DNA of 64,000 nucleotides, taken from positions 46,936,001-47,000,000 of the forward strand of contig CM052817.1 in the NCBI GenBank assembly GCA_028534125.1, given 5' to 3'. The notes beneath the pieces are model-generated. The model had not been told where the DNA came from. It searched no databases and saw only the letters and a list, made by a program, of their open reading frames with translations. Position 1 is the first letter of the stretch; each line of letters opens with the position of its first letter. The DNA is from Lama glama (taxonomy: Eukaryota). Positions 27,200 to 40,933 of this stretch are shown piece after piece. The position numbers and the translations under genes are program-made.

Positions 27200-29170
27200 T
27201 CTACATCCAACAATCCTGAAAACATTCTGCCTACCAGTAAATTGTAGGATCCGTTTATCATACCACCCTTCACTGGCCTGCCTTACTCTTTTCTTTCTCC
27301 TTATTCTTACCTGAACCCCAGTAACTGAAGGTGTCTAGGGAAAAAAACAAACAAAACTCAACCTTGATGACTAATTTTACATTAAATGTGTGACAGTGGA
27401 TCCTTTAATGCTGCCCAGTAGTCATACTGTATCTTTCTCTAGTTCAATGTATTCTCCCACTCATCTAGATCGTTATTTCTTTCTCCTTTATTTTGACTTC
27501 TAGTACATCCTCTTCTTCTCCCTTGCTGACCTTACATCCTACATCAGTGAGAAAACTGAAGCATCAGAAGAAAACTGCCAAAGACTTCCCCCACCCCGTC
27601 TTCCTACCCACCACCCCGGTACTTCCTACCAGTTACTAAATAAACCTGTAACCAGTCCCTCCATTTATGAGCTAGATCCTATCTGCTTTCTGCTGTCCTT
27701 TACTCAAAAACATTGTTGTAGCAATTCTCTCTTATTCTATATCATTTCCCCCTTCTCCGGGATCGTCCTCATCGTCATATAAGCTTTATCCAATTGTGAA
27801 AAACTTTTTCCAACATTCCCCCACCCCAGTTATTAGCAATAAGCCCATTTCTTTGCTTCTGATTGCAGGAAAATAAAGTATTTTGGCTATTTCCAATTCT
27901 GTTTTTTCTTGAATCTACTCCTGCCAGGCTCTCACTCCCATAGCTACACCAAAACTATGCTTTTATGGTCTCCAGTGGCTCTTACATAGCTAAATCCAAT
28001 GATTACCTCTCTATCCTGATCTTACTAAGCCTGTTAACACCTGACATACTCTCTTTTCTTGGCCTCTACTACACTACACACTCTATTTTTCTCTTAGCTT
28101 TGTGTATGTTCCTTCTGTGTCTCTACTTTCTGCTCTTCTCCCCTCCAACTTGGCAATCCATTTAGCTCATTACATGATCTTTTTTCTTTATGCATTGATC
28201 ATCTCATCTGCTTCTTAGCTTTAAATATATAGTAACTAATCCCAAATTTGTCTCTTTAGCCCATACTTCTTCCCTAAACTCCAGTCTCTTATATGCAACT
28301 AGCTACTCGACATGTCCATTTAGATACCTAATTAAATGTGTCATACTTACATCCAGTGTGAACTGATCTTTGCCCACTCCAGACCCACAGCTCTGTCTTC
28401 TAATTAATTGCTCAGGCTAAAAACCTTGATAACATCGTTGATTCCCCTCTATCTGTCCTTCAGTGTGTTGGAAAATCTAGTTACCTTTGCCTTAGAACTA
28501 CATCTAGAATCCTAATCACTATTCATCACTTCTCACCCTGGTTCAAGTCATTAATATCGTCTCTTACCTGTATTTCCATGGTAGTCATTTAACTGGTCTC
28601 CCTGATTCTGTAATTGCTCTGCAGTCTGTTCTCTATTTAACTTAGAGTGATCCTCTCGTATCACTTAGATCAAATCACTCTTTTTCTCAAACCCCTACAA
28701 TGCCATTTCTCTCAGAGTAAAAGGTAAAAGTCTTTAAAATGCCCTGCGAGACCTTAGGTGATCAAGCCCCCTGATATATTCCCTGAAAATCATTTTCTAC
28801 TATTCTCAGCAACACTGGCCTACTTAAATATGCCAGTTCTGCTTGAACATACTTAAAGCTTATGTACTGGCTGTTCTCCTTGCCTGAAATACTTCAAATC
28901 TTTTAGATGTTTACTTAAACTTCACCTTCATGTCCCCCTACATGTCCCCATATACACACTTCTCTTCTTCTACTCCAGTATTCCCATTTTACACTGTATT
29001 TAACACCTTTTAAACAACTGTGTAATGTATTATGTTTAGCATCTGTGTGCCTCCCTTGCAACTAAATATAAGCTTCTTAAGCTTCATGAGGGCAGGTAAT
29101 GTCTACTAATGAGTCCTAAGAAACTAGAACCATGCTTAGTATATAGCAAGTTATCGATAAATTTTCACTG
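27200..29170 (+). mobile_element. Degraded L2 (L2a-like) fragment
   Basis: Pyrimidine-rich tract with GCTAAATCCAATG, CCTAAACTCCAG and AACTGGTCTCCCTG motifs and a 3' end AAGCTTCATGAGGGCAGG; boundaries approximate. Confidence 0.65.
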
Positions 29171-29712
29171 GATCCTGCCCCTCAACTTGTACTCCTTGAT
29201 CTCTTTCTGTTATTGATGTCACTACTGATTATTCAGAAATGAAATCTTGATGTTGTTTTCAGATTCTCACTTATCTTTGCTCCCCATTCTCTATATCCAT
29301 CAAATACATTAGTTTAGTAAATTAACTTAATCCAGTGCTTGGCACATATTAACCCCTTACATATTAACAGTATCAATATCATCATCATCACCTTTAATTG
29401 AACTTTGGCAGTCTCTGTATGAGCCTTCTCTTCCGTGTTGCCACTTCTCACCTGAAGTATTGCAGTAGGCTTCTTAATAATCTCTCTACAAATAAATATT
29501 TTTGCCTTCTGTCAATCCTACTTTGTTCCAGTGTAACTTTTCCAGTTCCCATAGTTTCTAATACATAGGTGAGGTTGCTTTTCTCCCTCCCTAAAATCCT
29601 TCTGTTTTTCTTCATTGTCTGTATGGGAAATTTCAAACATTCAGCTCCTCCTGTCTTCTCTAGGCTCATCACTTAGTATGTTTTCTACTTCTCACATACC
29701 TCATTCACTCTC

Positions 29713-29900
29713 TTTCTTCCTTCCTTTCTTTCTTTCTTTCTTTCCTTTTCTTTTCTTTCCTTTCCTTTCCTTTCCTTTCCTTTCCTTTCCTTTCCTTTCC
29801 TTTCTTTCTTTCTTTTTTTTTGATGGAAGTATTGGGGATTGAACCCAGAATCTTGTACATGCTAAGCATAAGCTCTACCACTGAGCTATACCCACCCTGC
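29713..29900 (-). mobile_element. tRNA-Ala-derived SINE (camelid vic-1-like), short type, with a tail expanded into (GAAA)n/(GGAAA)n
   Basis: Reverse complement reads GGGTATAGCTCAGTGGTAGAG...GGGTTCAATCCCCAATACTTCCA (A and B boxes). Degenerate TSD: CCTCATTCACTCTC (29699) and CCTCATTCCCTTTC (29901). Confidence 0.85.
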
Positions 29901-32900
29901 CCTCATTCCCTTTCATATATCCTTTCATATATCATAGATTTGCACATGGTATTTCTTTAGTATGGACTACCCCTCCCTAAATCCTTAAATTCTCATCTTT
30001 TAAAGCTTTACTCTTAAATATCAATTTGCTTTCTGAATCCACAATTAGAAACCACCATTGGGTAGTGCCCTTTCCTTTTCCACAATGAGGTTATTTATTC
30101 TACAGTTTGGCTCTTTTCTTCAAAGCCTCTGCATTCCCCCACATATGCTTATAAACATATTGCAGTTCTTCAGTAAGTGAAATGAGGTCTAGGCATATAC
30201 CTTGTGAGAAAATAGAGGATGTAGGCTAATTTCTAACTGTCTTCCTGTACCTCCAGACTTATTTGAATCTCATAGTTTATTTTGTTTTCCTCTTTTTTCT
30301 TTCGGATCTTATATCATTTATTACCATCTCCCCCATACTCCTATTATCTTCAGTGCCTACTGTTTCATTAACTCCTACCCTCTTTCTACAACTTAATCAA
30401 GTTAACTATCATAATGAAATCTTAGCTCACACTTAGTGTTCTGTTTCCTTATCCAAATATGTTAAGGAAATAATCTATGTCTTATTGATTCTACTTTTAT
30501 TTTTGATTCTCATCCTGGGACCATTTGCTTATTTCTCCACTATTCCAGTGAACTGACTATGGCGGAGGTCACCAATCGTATTTTATTGCCAAATCCATAA
30601 GATTAGACATCTCATACTTGTTTCCTTACTGATACTTTGTGATACTTATCAATGTTAATCTGCTTTCCTTCTTGAAACTCTTCTCCCATTGAAGGTGCTT
30701 TCACCTGTCTTCCTCTACCTGATTACACCTTTCTGAAGTATCTATTGATCTTCTTTTTTATTATCAGATATTCCCTTCCCTTTATCTTTTACACACACAC
30801 ACACAAATATTGTTACAGCTTTTTCCCTTTGATGATTTCATTTAATTCATTAGTTTCAGACACCACCTACAAACTAATGATACCTCTTAAGTCTGTATCT
30901 ATCCTATCAAATTCTGCTTAGTTTTAAAGAGCTCCAAGCCTTGTAGGTCCTTTTGCAGTCATAGTCTGAGCTCTCCCCCCCTAGAAAGAAATCGGTTTTC
31001 TGGTTCCTCTGGATTTCTGCCCCACTTTTTAGTGAGTCCAAAGGGTAGGTAAGATCTATAAGATTATCACTTTACAAGCCTTACAACTTCAAAATCTAGA
31101 AACAAGAATAAATATCTAGCCCATAGGGCTAAACTCTAAAATGTGATAATTCAGACTTTGTTGCCGGGGGCTACTGACTGAACTTGGTAAACCTGAGGCA
31201 CATACATACCTAAGGACTCAGTCGCACCCACACTCTAAGAACTATCCCAGCCCTTCACCCCTACCCAGCCCTAAGTCCAGCCTGCTTTCTGATTTTTCTG
31301 TTTTTAAAAAAGTTCTTCCCCTCCTTGAATACAAACCATAGTTACTTCCTACCACTGGACAAATTTTAAAAAGCAAGCAAAGTGAAAAATTCATCTTGGC
31401 TGAGCCAAAAGTCTTGAACCTCTTTTGTTATCTTTATTCCCCAAAAAGCTATTTCTTGTGGCTTTCTCAAGGCTTTTCTGTGCGTACAGGCATGATATAG
31501 ATAAAATATCAGTTTTATTATGCCTAATTCTAAATTGGAGAGGCTTAATATATACCAGCCACAGTTGCTTTTAAAATGTTTTTCTGGCACATGCTTCATC
31601 CCCACTTCCCCTCTTCTCCCTTTTACACTTACCTATTTATTTCATGAAATTCAATTAGACAGGACAACCCCAGGTCTCACTCATGGGAAAGATGGAGAAA
31701 GTATGTTTCCTGAGGACAGGCCGCTAGCTGAAGCAGAGCTGAGTTGCACATGCTCAATTCCTTCTTTCAAACTCACCAGTCAGATAGTACTCCTCCTCCC
31801 TTGCAGTGAACTAGGGTGTAAAGGTCACCAATTACTATTCTTCCCAATCCTTTGGAAAGGTCAGAAACTCTTCCTTTACTAGTCTTCAGAGGAAACTTGT
31901 ATACTTCTGGAAGACTAGCAGAAATTTCTAGGGGGTAGATACTATGCGGACAATTTCTGTATCTTCAACTTCCATTTGTGTTCTTTTCTGAAATCCATCT
32001 GCCTGAAAATGTATCAAGGTTCTACAGATTCTCCTTGATTATTTCACTTTCAAAAACAAAAGATTTATCTCTTACCCAAGAAAATATAATTATGTTACAT
32101 TGCCCCAGAGTATAAAACTTTCAAGGTGGGCAAAACCTTTTTCAGGCACCAACAGGGATCATTTCTAAAGGCAGGAGGAATGTCTAGCAAAACCTAGAGA
32201 CATAAATGAAGTCAGACTTTTTCTCATGAAAACAGTAAGTCTGATTTGACTTACGAGTTTATCTTTAAGCACTGGTTTTATTAGCTAGGATATTGTGATA
32301 TTTTCCATAAACTGAGTATCATTGTTTGGACACATATATTTAAAATACACAGAAAACATATGGAACACTAGATTTGGGCAGGAAATATATAGTTTGAAAA
32401 TGTCATTTAGACAGCTTGCAAACAAATGAGTTTGAAGATGATTTTCCCACTTTATGAATGAAAGAGGAAAATTTAATAGTTAAAATAGCTTATTAACACA
32501 TGTTATTGGACTTTAAAATTTACTATTAGTTTAATATGTACCCAGTTTAACAAATAGAAATAATGTAAAACTATATAAAGTAAAATTGAAAGTCACCTTC
32601 TTTCTGCTACCTCTCTTCTAGGCCCACCCTCTAATCACTAGTAAGCCTTTGATTTATATCCTCTTAGCCTTTTTTTTTTTAATTTGCACAAAGAGACCCA
32701 CATAAAGGGCTCCCCTCATCCCCCCCATAAATGATATCAGTGGTCTGCAGTTTTTCTTTTTCTTCCTAACAAGTGTAAATTGTGTGCATTTTCCCAGATG
32801 TATGTTTATAACTTTTAATGGCTTCCTAGTATTCTGTGAATGTATGCTGTTGTTAATTTATGCCACCTCCCCATGGATTTACCTATTTCCATTTACTACC

Positions 32901-33427
32901 ATTGTAATCAGTTTTGCAATGGAAAATATTGAACCTGTATTTTTCCACTAGAGATAGTGATTTTATAGAATAAATTCTTAGGATAAGCCGTTTATAATTT
33001 TCATAGGAGGCTTTTAAATTACCTTTCCTAAAATGTTAATATTTATACCAACAACAATGTAGGTAAGAGTTCATTTTCCCAAACTTTTGCTATCTAGTAT
33101 CTTTTTAAATTTTCCCAAATTGATGAACAAAACATGGTAATTTATTTTAATTTACATTTTCTTAGTGATTGTGAAGTTATGTATATCTCTCATTCATCCA
33201 TTTTTAAATTAGATTGTCTTTTATCATTAATTTGATCTTGACATTTAAAAATATTATTTTCTCTTTACAGTGATTTGATTATGATCTTGATCAAAAATGA
33301 GTTAAACTAAGATGACTTTGAATTTTTTTGTATCCCAGTACCCTTATGGTAAAGTGACATTATATGACAACTTTTTTTCCAAGGTAAATTCTAGTGTTAT
33401 ATGTCTGTTTTATTGATTCTTTAACAG

Positions 33428-33599
33428 TTAAGGGAAGAAAGTAGGAGGCTGGCTTTGGCTGCCAAAAGAGAAAAGAGAAAGGAGAAGAGAAGAAAGAAAA
33501 AGGAAGAACAAAGAAGAAAACTAGAAGAAATCGAAGCCAAAAATAAAGAAAACTTTGAACTCCAAGCTGCTCAAGAAAAAGAAAAGCATAAAGTTGAAG
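33428..33599 (+). CDS. ANKRD17: ANKRD17 exon with basic NLS / coiled coil, LREESRRLALAAKREKRKEKRRKKKEE...KVE
   Basis: tttaacag| acceptor, AAG|gtattt donor; 172 nt; K/R-rich tract. Confidence 0.95.
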
Positions 33600-34717
33600 G
33601 TATTTTTTCTAACCCATCTAGGTTGTTTGTTTCATGTAATACATTCTATTCAAAATTATGTTTTCTTAAATATCAGTAACTTAAGGTAAAAATAGATCTC
33701 TAAGTTATTAAGCCCTTATTAATATGCTATTTTCATTAATTGGCTTCCCCCCACCTTTTTATTATAAAGAATTTTAAACCTATAGACAAGGTAAGAAAAT
33801 GACAAAACAAACAGCTGAATATACTTCACCTAATTTAAAAATAAACAATTCACTATATTTGCTTTATCTTTTTCTCTAAATATATATACATATTTTTTCC
33901 TAAGTTGTCTGAAAGTAAATTGTAGATATCTGACATTGCACCTATAAAACTTTAGCACGTCTCCTAAGAATGATGTTCGCTTACGTATCACAATACCATT
34001 TATAATACCTTAAAAAACTAACAGTAATTCCATAATTTCATCTACAATCAAGACCATATTCAGATTTTTCTTGAATGGGGAGTTATTTTTAACTAGGTTC
34101 TAACTAAAAAATTATTTGAGATGAGGGTATTGTTAGGAAGAACCATTGCCACTACACCACCAAATACATATGCTGTGTATGTGTGTTAAATTTTCCCTCC
34201 TCCAGCCTTTTATTTTGAAAAATTTCAAACTACATAAAAGTTTAAGGATTAATTTAATGAACACATGTACATCACTTAGATTCTTATAACATTTTGGCAC
34301 ATGAGTTTATCTTTTTTCCTTACTCTTCTTTTGAATGGTCTCATGTACAATGTCCGCATCATATGAAATCAAATGCTTGAGTAGTATTCTCAGAAAAAGA
34401 ACATTTTTCATAACCACAATTATATTATTACACCTAAGAAATTTAATACTTTGTAGTAATATATACTGTGCAGAACATACTCATATTTCCTAAAATAATT
34501 TTTTATAAATTTCTACTATGTGTTGTTTAGAACTTAGAACAGAAGAGAATTGATCAATCGTATCTATCTCATTACTAGTGAATACTGGATCGACTGATGA
34601 CTTTGTGTCTAATAGTAGTAGTAAAGTAACTTCTGGGTTTATTTTCATCGAGTGCTTAAAGCTAAATATATCCTAAGCACACTGGAACTTGCTAATTCAG
34701 TATTGCTACTTCTACAG

Positions 34718-35165
34718 ATGAGCCTGAAGTCTTGACAGAGCCTCCAAGTGCCACAACCACTACTACCATAGGTATATCTGCTACCTGGACAACTTTGGCA
34801 GGTTCCCATGGTAAAAGAAATAATACCATAACTACAACCAGTTCAAAGAGGAAAAACAGGAAAAATAAAATTACTCCAGAAAATGTTCAAATTATATTTG
34901 ATGATCCACTACCAATCTCATACAGTCAGCCAGAGAAGGTGAACGGAGAGTCCAAGAGCAGCAGTACCAGTGAGAGTGGGGACAGTGATAACATGAGAAT
35001 TTCCAGCTGCAGTGATGAAAGTAGTAACAGCAACAGCAGTCGGAAGAGTGACAATCATTCACCTGCTGTGGTCACTACCACTGTGACCAGCAAGAAGCAG
35101 CCATCAGTTCTGGTTACATTTCCAAAGGAGGAGAGAAAATCTGTTTCTGGCAAGGCTTCAATAAA
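34718..35165 (+). CDS. ANKRD17: ANKRD17 exon, (D)EPEVLTEPPSATTTTT...GKASI(K)
   Basis: tctacag| acceptor, AAA|gttagt donor; 448 nt; phase fits both neighbours. Confidence 0.94.
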
Positions 35166-35613
35166 GTTAGTTCCAATTTTCATTTTTACTATTTGTAGTA
35201 TCATCATGAAACACTTTGTTGCAGCATTTTTTAGCAAAGCAGGCAGATTAACAATTGACAAAATAAGGATTTGTCTTTCTTCCAAAGAAGGCATGATTTT
35301 ATTTGAATTGAAGAATTACTATGTAATTTCTCCATTTCGGTTGTTAAACTTAGCCCATGAAAAGTATTGATTATGGTTTCTCAGGGATTATTATTGTGTT
35401 TTAGTTCTGCTAAATTTGGCTTCTAAATAATATCTTCTTAAAAATTGGCCCTTCATATTATGCTAAATATTGAAAAGTGAAAAATAAGTTTCTCATTTAT
35501 TCATCATATTTATTCTGAAAATAAATAATAAAGTCATGTAATAGATTACCTTTATCATTTAAAAATTCTATATCTATTCTATATTTAATATGTATTTTTC
35601 CTCCCTGTTTAAG

Positions 35614-35769
35614 ATTGTCAGAGACTATCAGTGAAGTGACCAGTAATTCTCTCTCCACTTGCACAAAATCGGGTCCATCTCCCCTTTCCTCTCCAAATGG
35701 CAAATTAACAGTAGCAAGTCCTAAGCGTGGACAAAAGAGGGAAGAAGGATGGAAAGAAGTTGTAAGAAG
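35614..35769 (+). CDS. ANKRD17: ANKRD17 exon, LSETISEVTSNS...EEGWKEVVR(R)
   Basis: ctgtttaag| acceptor, AAG|gtgact donor; 156 nt, phase 2-2; contains SP sites. Confidence 0.93.
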
Positions 35770-35870
35770 GTGACTGATTGTTTCTTTGATTGTTTTTCTC
35801 ATTCTTTTTACGTGCTCTATTTCATAGTGAAGTATAGTTTACCTTTCAATTAAATTCCCCTAACTTATTC

Positions 35871-36030
35871 CAAAGGTTGCAAGCAAACTGGTGACCAAAG
35901 GCTGAATCTGGCCAACAGAGACAACGTATACTATATTTTAAATGGGAAAAAAAAGTACATGTTAATACTTTTAAAATTGGAACATTTTACATACAAACTT
36001 AGATGATTGTGGTGTCTGCTTGACCCTCGT
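35871..36030. mobile_element. MER102-like hAT-Charlie fragment
   Basis: CAAAGGTTGC...CAAACTGGTGACC...ATCTGGCC and AAAATTGGAACATTTTACATA motifs. Confidence 0.45.
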
Positions 36031-37097
36031 ACGTATTGGTATTTGGTAGAGAACTAATTTAAGTTATTTAAGGTGATAGATTATGTCTTATTCAGCTTTG
36101 TAATCTCAGGGCCAAGTATATAAGTGTGTACTACGTACTTGTGAATATTTGGAGAATGAATAAGTACTGGTTTTAAACTGTTCTTGTCCTTAAATCATAG
36201 GATACCTTTATTTTAAGGGTCTTAAGACTGAAATATTTTATAGTATTTTGCTTGGGATTTTTTTAAATAATAATGTGTCAAAAAGTGAAACAGTATCCCA
36301 AAAACTAAAAGATAAGATACCACAAACCTGGAAAGAATGTGACCCATTATATTATAAATCTTTAATAACTTGTTTTAAAGAACTCACCAGAAATTCCATC
36401 AAAAATTAAACTTTTGATTGTTTGAAAACAAGAGCTATAGTCAACCAAGCTTATTATTGTTAATCTCAAAATGTGCTGTGCTTTTTTTTCATATTTTGGG
36501 CCAACACCTCCCCTCAAATCACCATCTCTGTCTCATACACACACTATTGAACTAATTGAAATCACATCAGGGTTCTGTCTGTACAAAAGTAAGGTAATTC
36601 CATTTTTCTGCATGCATCTTATATTGTGGCATGCAAACAAATTCTTAACTAACTTAAAGTAATGCACTGACTGATATTATACACTTTAGGGGAAAAAGAA
36701 TTATCAAGTAACTTACTTATGTATATAAAAGGGCAGGGATCATACCATACCTTTTGAAAATATAACATTTTAATTTAATGTTAAATCTAGTCTAAACAAA
36801 TAATTTCCTTGTTTATTAAAACATAAGTGACTCATTCTTTTTATGGAGAGTTATACTGTATTTCTTTTAGAAATATTCTGTAATTTGACTTGCCAGAAAT
36901 TTATGCCTACCTTTCCTGAATCCAAATGTTTAAAATTGTAATGTAATTTTGCAAGTGTTAGGTGGGTGTTGCTTTTTTAAATTTCCAACAGGCTCTTTTC
37001 TTTCCTCACACAGCTTAACGTTCTTTAGCAAGTTTCTCTATTTGTGGATAATCATTTTAATGCCTTTAGAAGAATACAGGGAAAGAGTGAATTTTTA

Positions 37098-37250
37098 CTT
37101 TTTTGTTTTGTTTGTTTTGTTTTGTTTTATGAGGGAGAGGTAATTGGGTTTATTTATTTATTTATATTTGGAGGAGGTACTGGGGATTGAACCCAGGACC
37201 TCATGCATGCTGAGCATGCGCTCTATCACTTGATCTATACCCTCCCCCTA
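37098..37250 (-). mobile_element. tRNA-Ala-derived SINE (vic-1-like), long type
   Basis: A/B boxes, (AAAT)n-CCCAATTACCTCTCCC segment and A-rich tail. Perfect 10-bp TSD TGAATTTTTA at 37088 and 37251. Confidence 0.9.
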
Positions 37251-37795
37251 TGAATTTTTAATATTATCCTTTCAGTTATATATTAGAGAATAAAAACAAG
37301 AATGAGAGTCAGATACCCAGAGGTGCCCACAAGAAGCCTTTCTTGACTCCTAGGGCTAGATTAGATGCCCCAACCAATGAGTCTTTATGATACCTTATTA
37401 GAGCACTTACAGCATCCTGTTGTAGTTTTCTTACTTGGTGTCTACATAGTCAATATAAGTGGGCAGGAACCCTTGTCTATCTTACTTGCCGTTAGTATTT
37501 TCATTAACACAGTGTACTTCTACCTGTGTGTGCTTTACAGATATTAATGAAATCGATGAGAGTCAAAAAAGCAAACAGTTTTGGTAATAAGATGAGAAGC
37601 TGCAGTAAAGTTCTCTCTCTCTCCCCCTTCCCTTTTTTCTGTTGGCTCATAAGTTACATTTTATCACTTAGAGTGAGAATATCTATTCTGTATTTACAGA
37701 AACATATTTTAGTAATAATTCTCTCCCATGTATTTTCATTACAACCTATGATAACTAATGATTTATCTTAATTTATCTTTGCAACTATTAAACAG

Positions 37796-37945
37796 GTCAA
37801 AGAAAGTATCTGTTCCATCAACTGTGATATCCAGAGTGATTGGAAGAGGAGGCTGTAATATTAATGCTATTCGGGAGTTCACTGGTGCACATATAGATAT
37901 TGATAAGCAGAAAGACAAGACAGGAGACCGGATAATAACTATAAG
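37796..37945 (+). CDS. ANKRD17: ANKRD17 KH-domain exon, SKKVSVPSTVISRVIGRGGCNINAIRE...RIITI(R), ends in a GC donor
   Basis: aaacag| acceptor; VIGRGG is the GXXG loop. The frame joins the next exon only through AAG|gcaaaa; 150 nt, phase 2-2. Confidence 0.92.
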
Positions 37946-39299
37946 GCAAAATTTTGTCTCTTACGTTTTTCCTCCTTTGTACTTTTTTGCATGAGAGCTT
38001 AATTTATATATAAGCATTTGAGTTTTCAATGGAACTTTGTATTTAATAGGATACTTTTCTTAAATGCAAATTTGATTAGTGTTTGAGAAGATAAATTTTA
38101 CAGTTTTTTTCTCTAATTCATATGCTTTTATGAAGTATTTCAAAGGACTTTAAAGGAATTTTTCTTTCATGTGTGTGGCAAAGGTTTGAATAATCTTTTC
38201 CTTACATGAAATTGTTCAATGGCATTCTTAAAAAGTTATTCTGAGACTTTTAAAGAAGGAGTGGGTTTCTAACACATACTAATTTATAGTTTTCCATCTT
38301 TCTCTTAAATTAGCATTTGAGATTTGTTATTCTGAGATTATATCCTTAGAATATGAGCTCAGTAATAGATTTAAATCTGAAGTGGATATTTGTCTTGAAT
38401 ATTGAAATATATCTATGCCTGAATACCCTTAAAATAAAGATGATATTCTAAGAAATCATAAATTTGGTTGTGAGCAGTAGCTATCCTTCATTGTAACAGG
38501 GAGGCCGATAGTTACATAGCCTACTTCAAGAGGAAGGAGGCAATTAACCAGCTTTGTTTTGTACTTATCATCCTTTCCTATCTTGCTTATCCCTCTCCTG
38601 GGACAGATGTAATCACAACCTACCTTATCCAGAGAAGAGGGGAAACATACTACTCTTTATGTGTAATTTCCCCCTTAGAATTTCCGTAAGACTTTCCTTT
38701 TAGTCATATATTTTACTGAATATCAAAGACTAGGGTTTGACCTTATGGCCATTGTTGGCATTATCAGAATTCCTCTCTGATTTGGAGACATCTGTCAAGA
38801 GGTATTAATAATAATCACTCTACTAATAGAGAAACCACTAATAAATGTTATAAATAGGGTCACCTTAGATTCCAGGATTTAAAATAAAATGCTATTTTCT
38901 TACTCAGTTGTATTGTTTTTATTGCTTACTTACAGTACTGCTTTTAATATTGACCAACTGTTTAACTTTATGGTAACAATATAGATTATATAGGATTTTT
39001 AAGTGTTTTTCTATTTATAATGCATTTCACAGTAGGAAAATGATTGCTTAGTCTAAGGAAACAATAATAAAATTAATTTTTGGAAAAGAAATCATTTAGT
39101 TTTCCTTTGAAAAATATTGTAGTATGTCAGGACAGTTTATTGCTTTGTTTGCAGAATACCTAAGAATAGTCAGAAAATTGCTGCTTAACTTTCATCTATT
39201 CTCTGTATGCATGTATATATACATGCACATGTGAATGAATTTAGGCTTTACATATTAGAAAGTGAAAATTGGACCTAATTTTGTCTTGTCAACTTATAG

Positions 39300-40933
39300 G
39301 GGTGGCACTGAATCAACGAGGCAAGCAACTCAGTTGATCAATGCTCTGATCAAGGATCCAGACAAAGAAATTGATGAACTTATTCCAAAGAATCGTTTGA
39401 AAAGCTCCTCAGCAAATTCCAAAATAGGGTCATCAGCACCTGCCACCACTGCTGCTAACAGTTCCTTAATGGGAATTAAAATGACAACTGTAGCTCTATC
39501 ATCAACATCTCAAACTGCCACAGCACTCACTGTGCCTGCGATTTCTTCTTCATCTACTCACAAAACCATTAAGAACCCTGTGAATAATGTGAGGCCTGGT
39601 TTTCCAGTTTCTCTTCCATTAGCATATCCTCCTCCACAGTTTGCACATGCTTTGCTTGCTGCTCAGACTTTCCAGCAGATCCGTCCACCAAGGTTGCCCA
39701 TGACCCACTTTGGAGGTACTTTTCCACCAGCTCAATCCACTTGGGGTCCTTTTCCTGTCAGGCCTTTGAGCCCTGCCAGAGCTACTAACTCGCCTAAGCC
39801 TCACATGGTGCCTCGCCATAGCAATCAGAATAGCAGTGGTTCTCAGGTGAATTCAGCAGGTTCTTTAACTTCAAGTCCAACAACTACAACCAGTTCATCA
39901 GCTTCAACGGTGCCTGGTACATCTACAAATGGCAGTCCAAGTTCACCTTCCGTCAGAAGGCAGCTTTTTGTCACAGTTGTGAAGACATCCAATGCTACCA
40001 CAACAACAGTCACAACCACAGCAAGCAACAACAGCACTGCACCCACAAACGCCACATATCCTATGCCTACTGCCAAAGAACACTACCCAGTATCATCCCC
40101 ATCTTCCCCGTCACCACCAGCCCAGCCAGGAGGGGTTTCTAGAAACAGCCCTTTGGATTGTGGAACAGCATCTCCAAATAAAGGGGCATCTTCCTCTGAA
40201 CAGGAAGCAGGTAGTCCACCAGTGGTAGAAATAACAAACAGTAGACCCCCAAACAGCAGCAGTTCTTCTGGGAGTTCATCAGTTCATTCTACTCAACAAC
40301 AGCCTCCGGGACCTGTTTCTCAGGAGCCAAGACCACCTCTTCAGCCGTCTCAGGTTCCTCCCCCGGAAGTTAGAATGACTGTTCCTCCTTTAGCAACAAG
40401 TTCTGCTCCAGTGGCGGTGCCTTCTACTGCCCCAGTGACTTACCCTATGCCTCAGACACAAATGGGATGCTCCCAGCCTGCTCCTAAAATGGAACCCCCT
40501 GCTATTAGACCACCCTCTCATGGCACAACAGCTCCTCACAAGAATCCAGCTCCAGTGCAGAATTCATCTGTCGCAGTCCTCAGTGTCAATCACATTAAAA
40601 GACCTCACAGTGTTCCCTCTTCTGTCCAGCTACCTTCAACCTTAAGTACACAAAGTGCTTGTCAAAATTCAGTACATCCAGCAAATAAGCCTATCGCTCC
40701 CAATTTCAGTGCCCCCTTACCATTTGGGCCCTTTAGCACATTGTTTGAAAATAGCCCTACTTCTGCTCATGCCTTCTGGGGAGGATCTGTTGTTTCATCT
40801 CAGTCAACGCCAGAATCTATGCTGTCAGGAAAATCCTCATATTTGCCAAATTCAGATCCTTTACATCAGTCTGATACTTCCAAAGCTCCAGGTTTTAGAC
40901 CACCATTACAGAGACCTGCTCCAAGTCCCTCAG
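39300..40933 (+). CDS. ANKRD17: ANKRD17 giant exon (1634 nt): KH C-terminal helix plus S/T/P-rich low-complexity region with RRQLF (RXL-type) motif
   Basis: aacttatag| acceptor, CAG|gtaagt donor; lies within the 586-aa ORF 39262-41022. Confidence 0.96.

Noticed and set aside
33371..33390. ttttttccaag|gtaaat resembling a recursive splice site
   Set aside because: Only 44 nt from the real acceptor, so the residual intron would be too short.
35166..35370. ORF extension beyond the exon at 34718-35165
   Set aside because: Chance open frame into the intron. The known peptide resumes at 35614 through the AA|gttagt donor.
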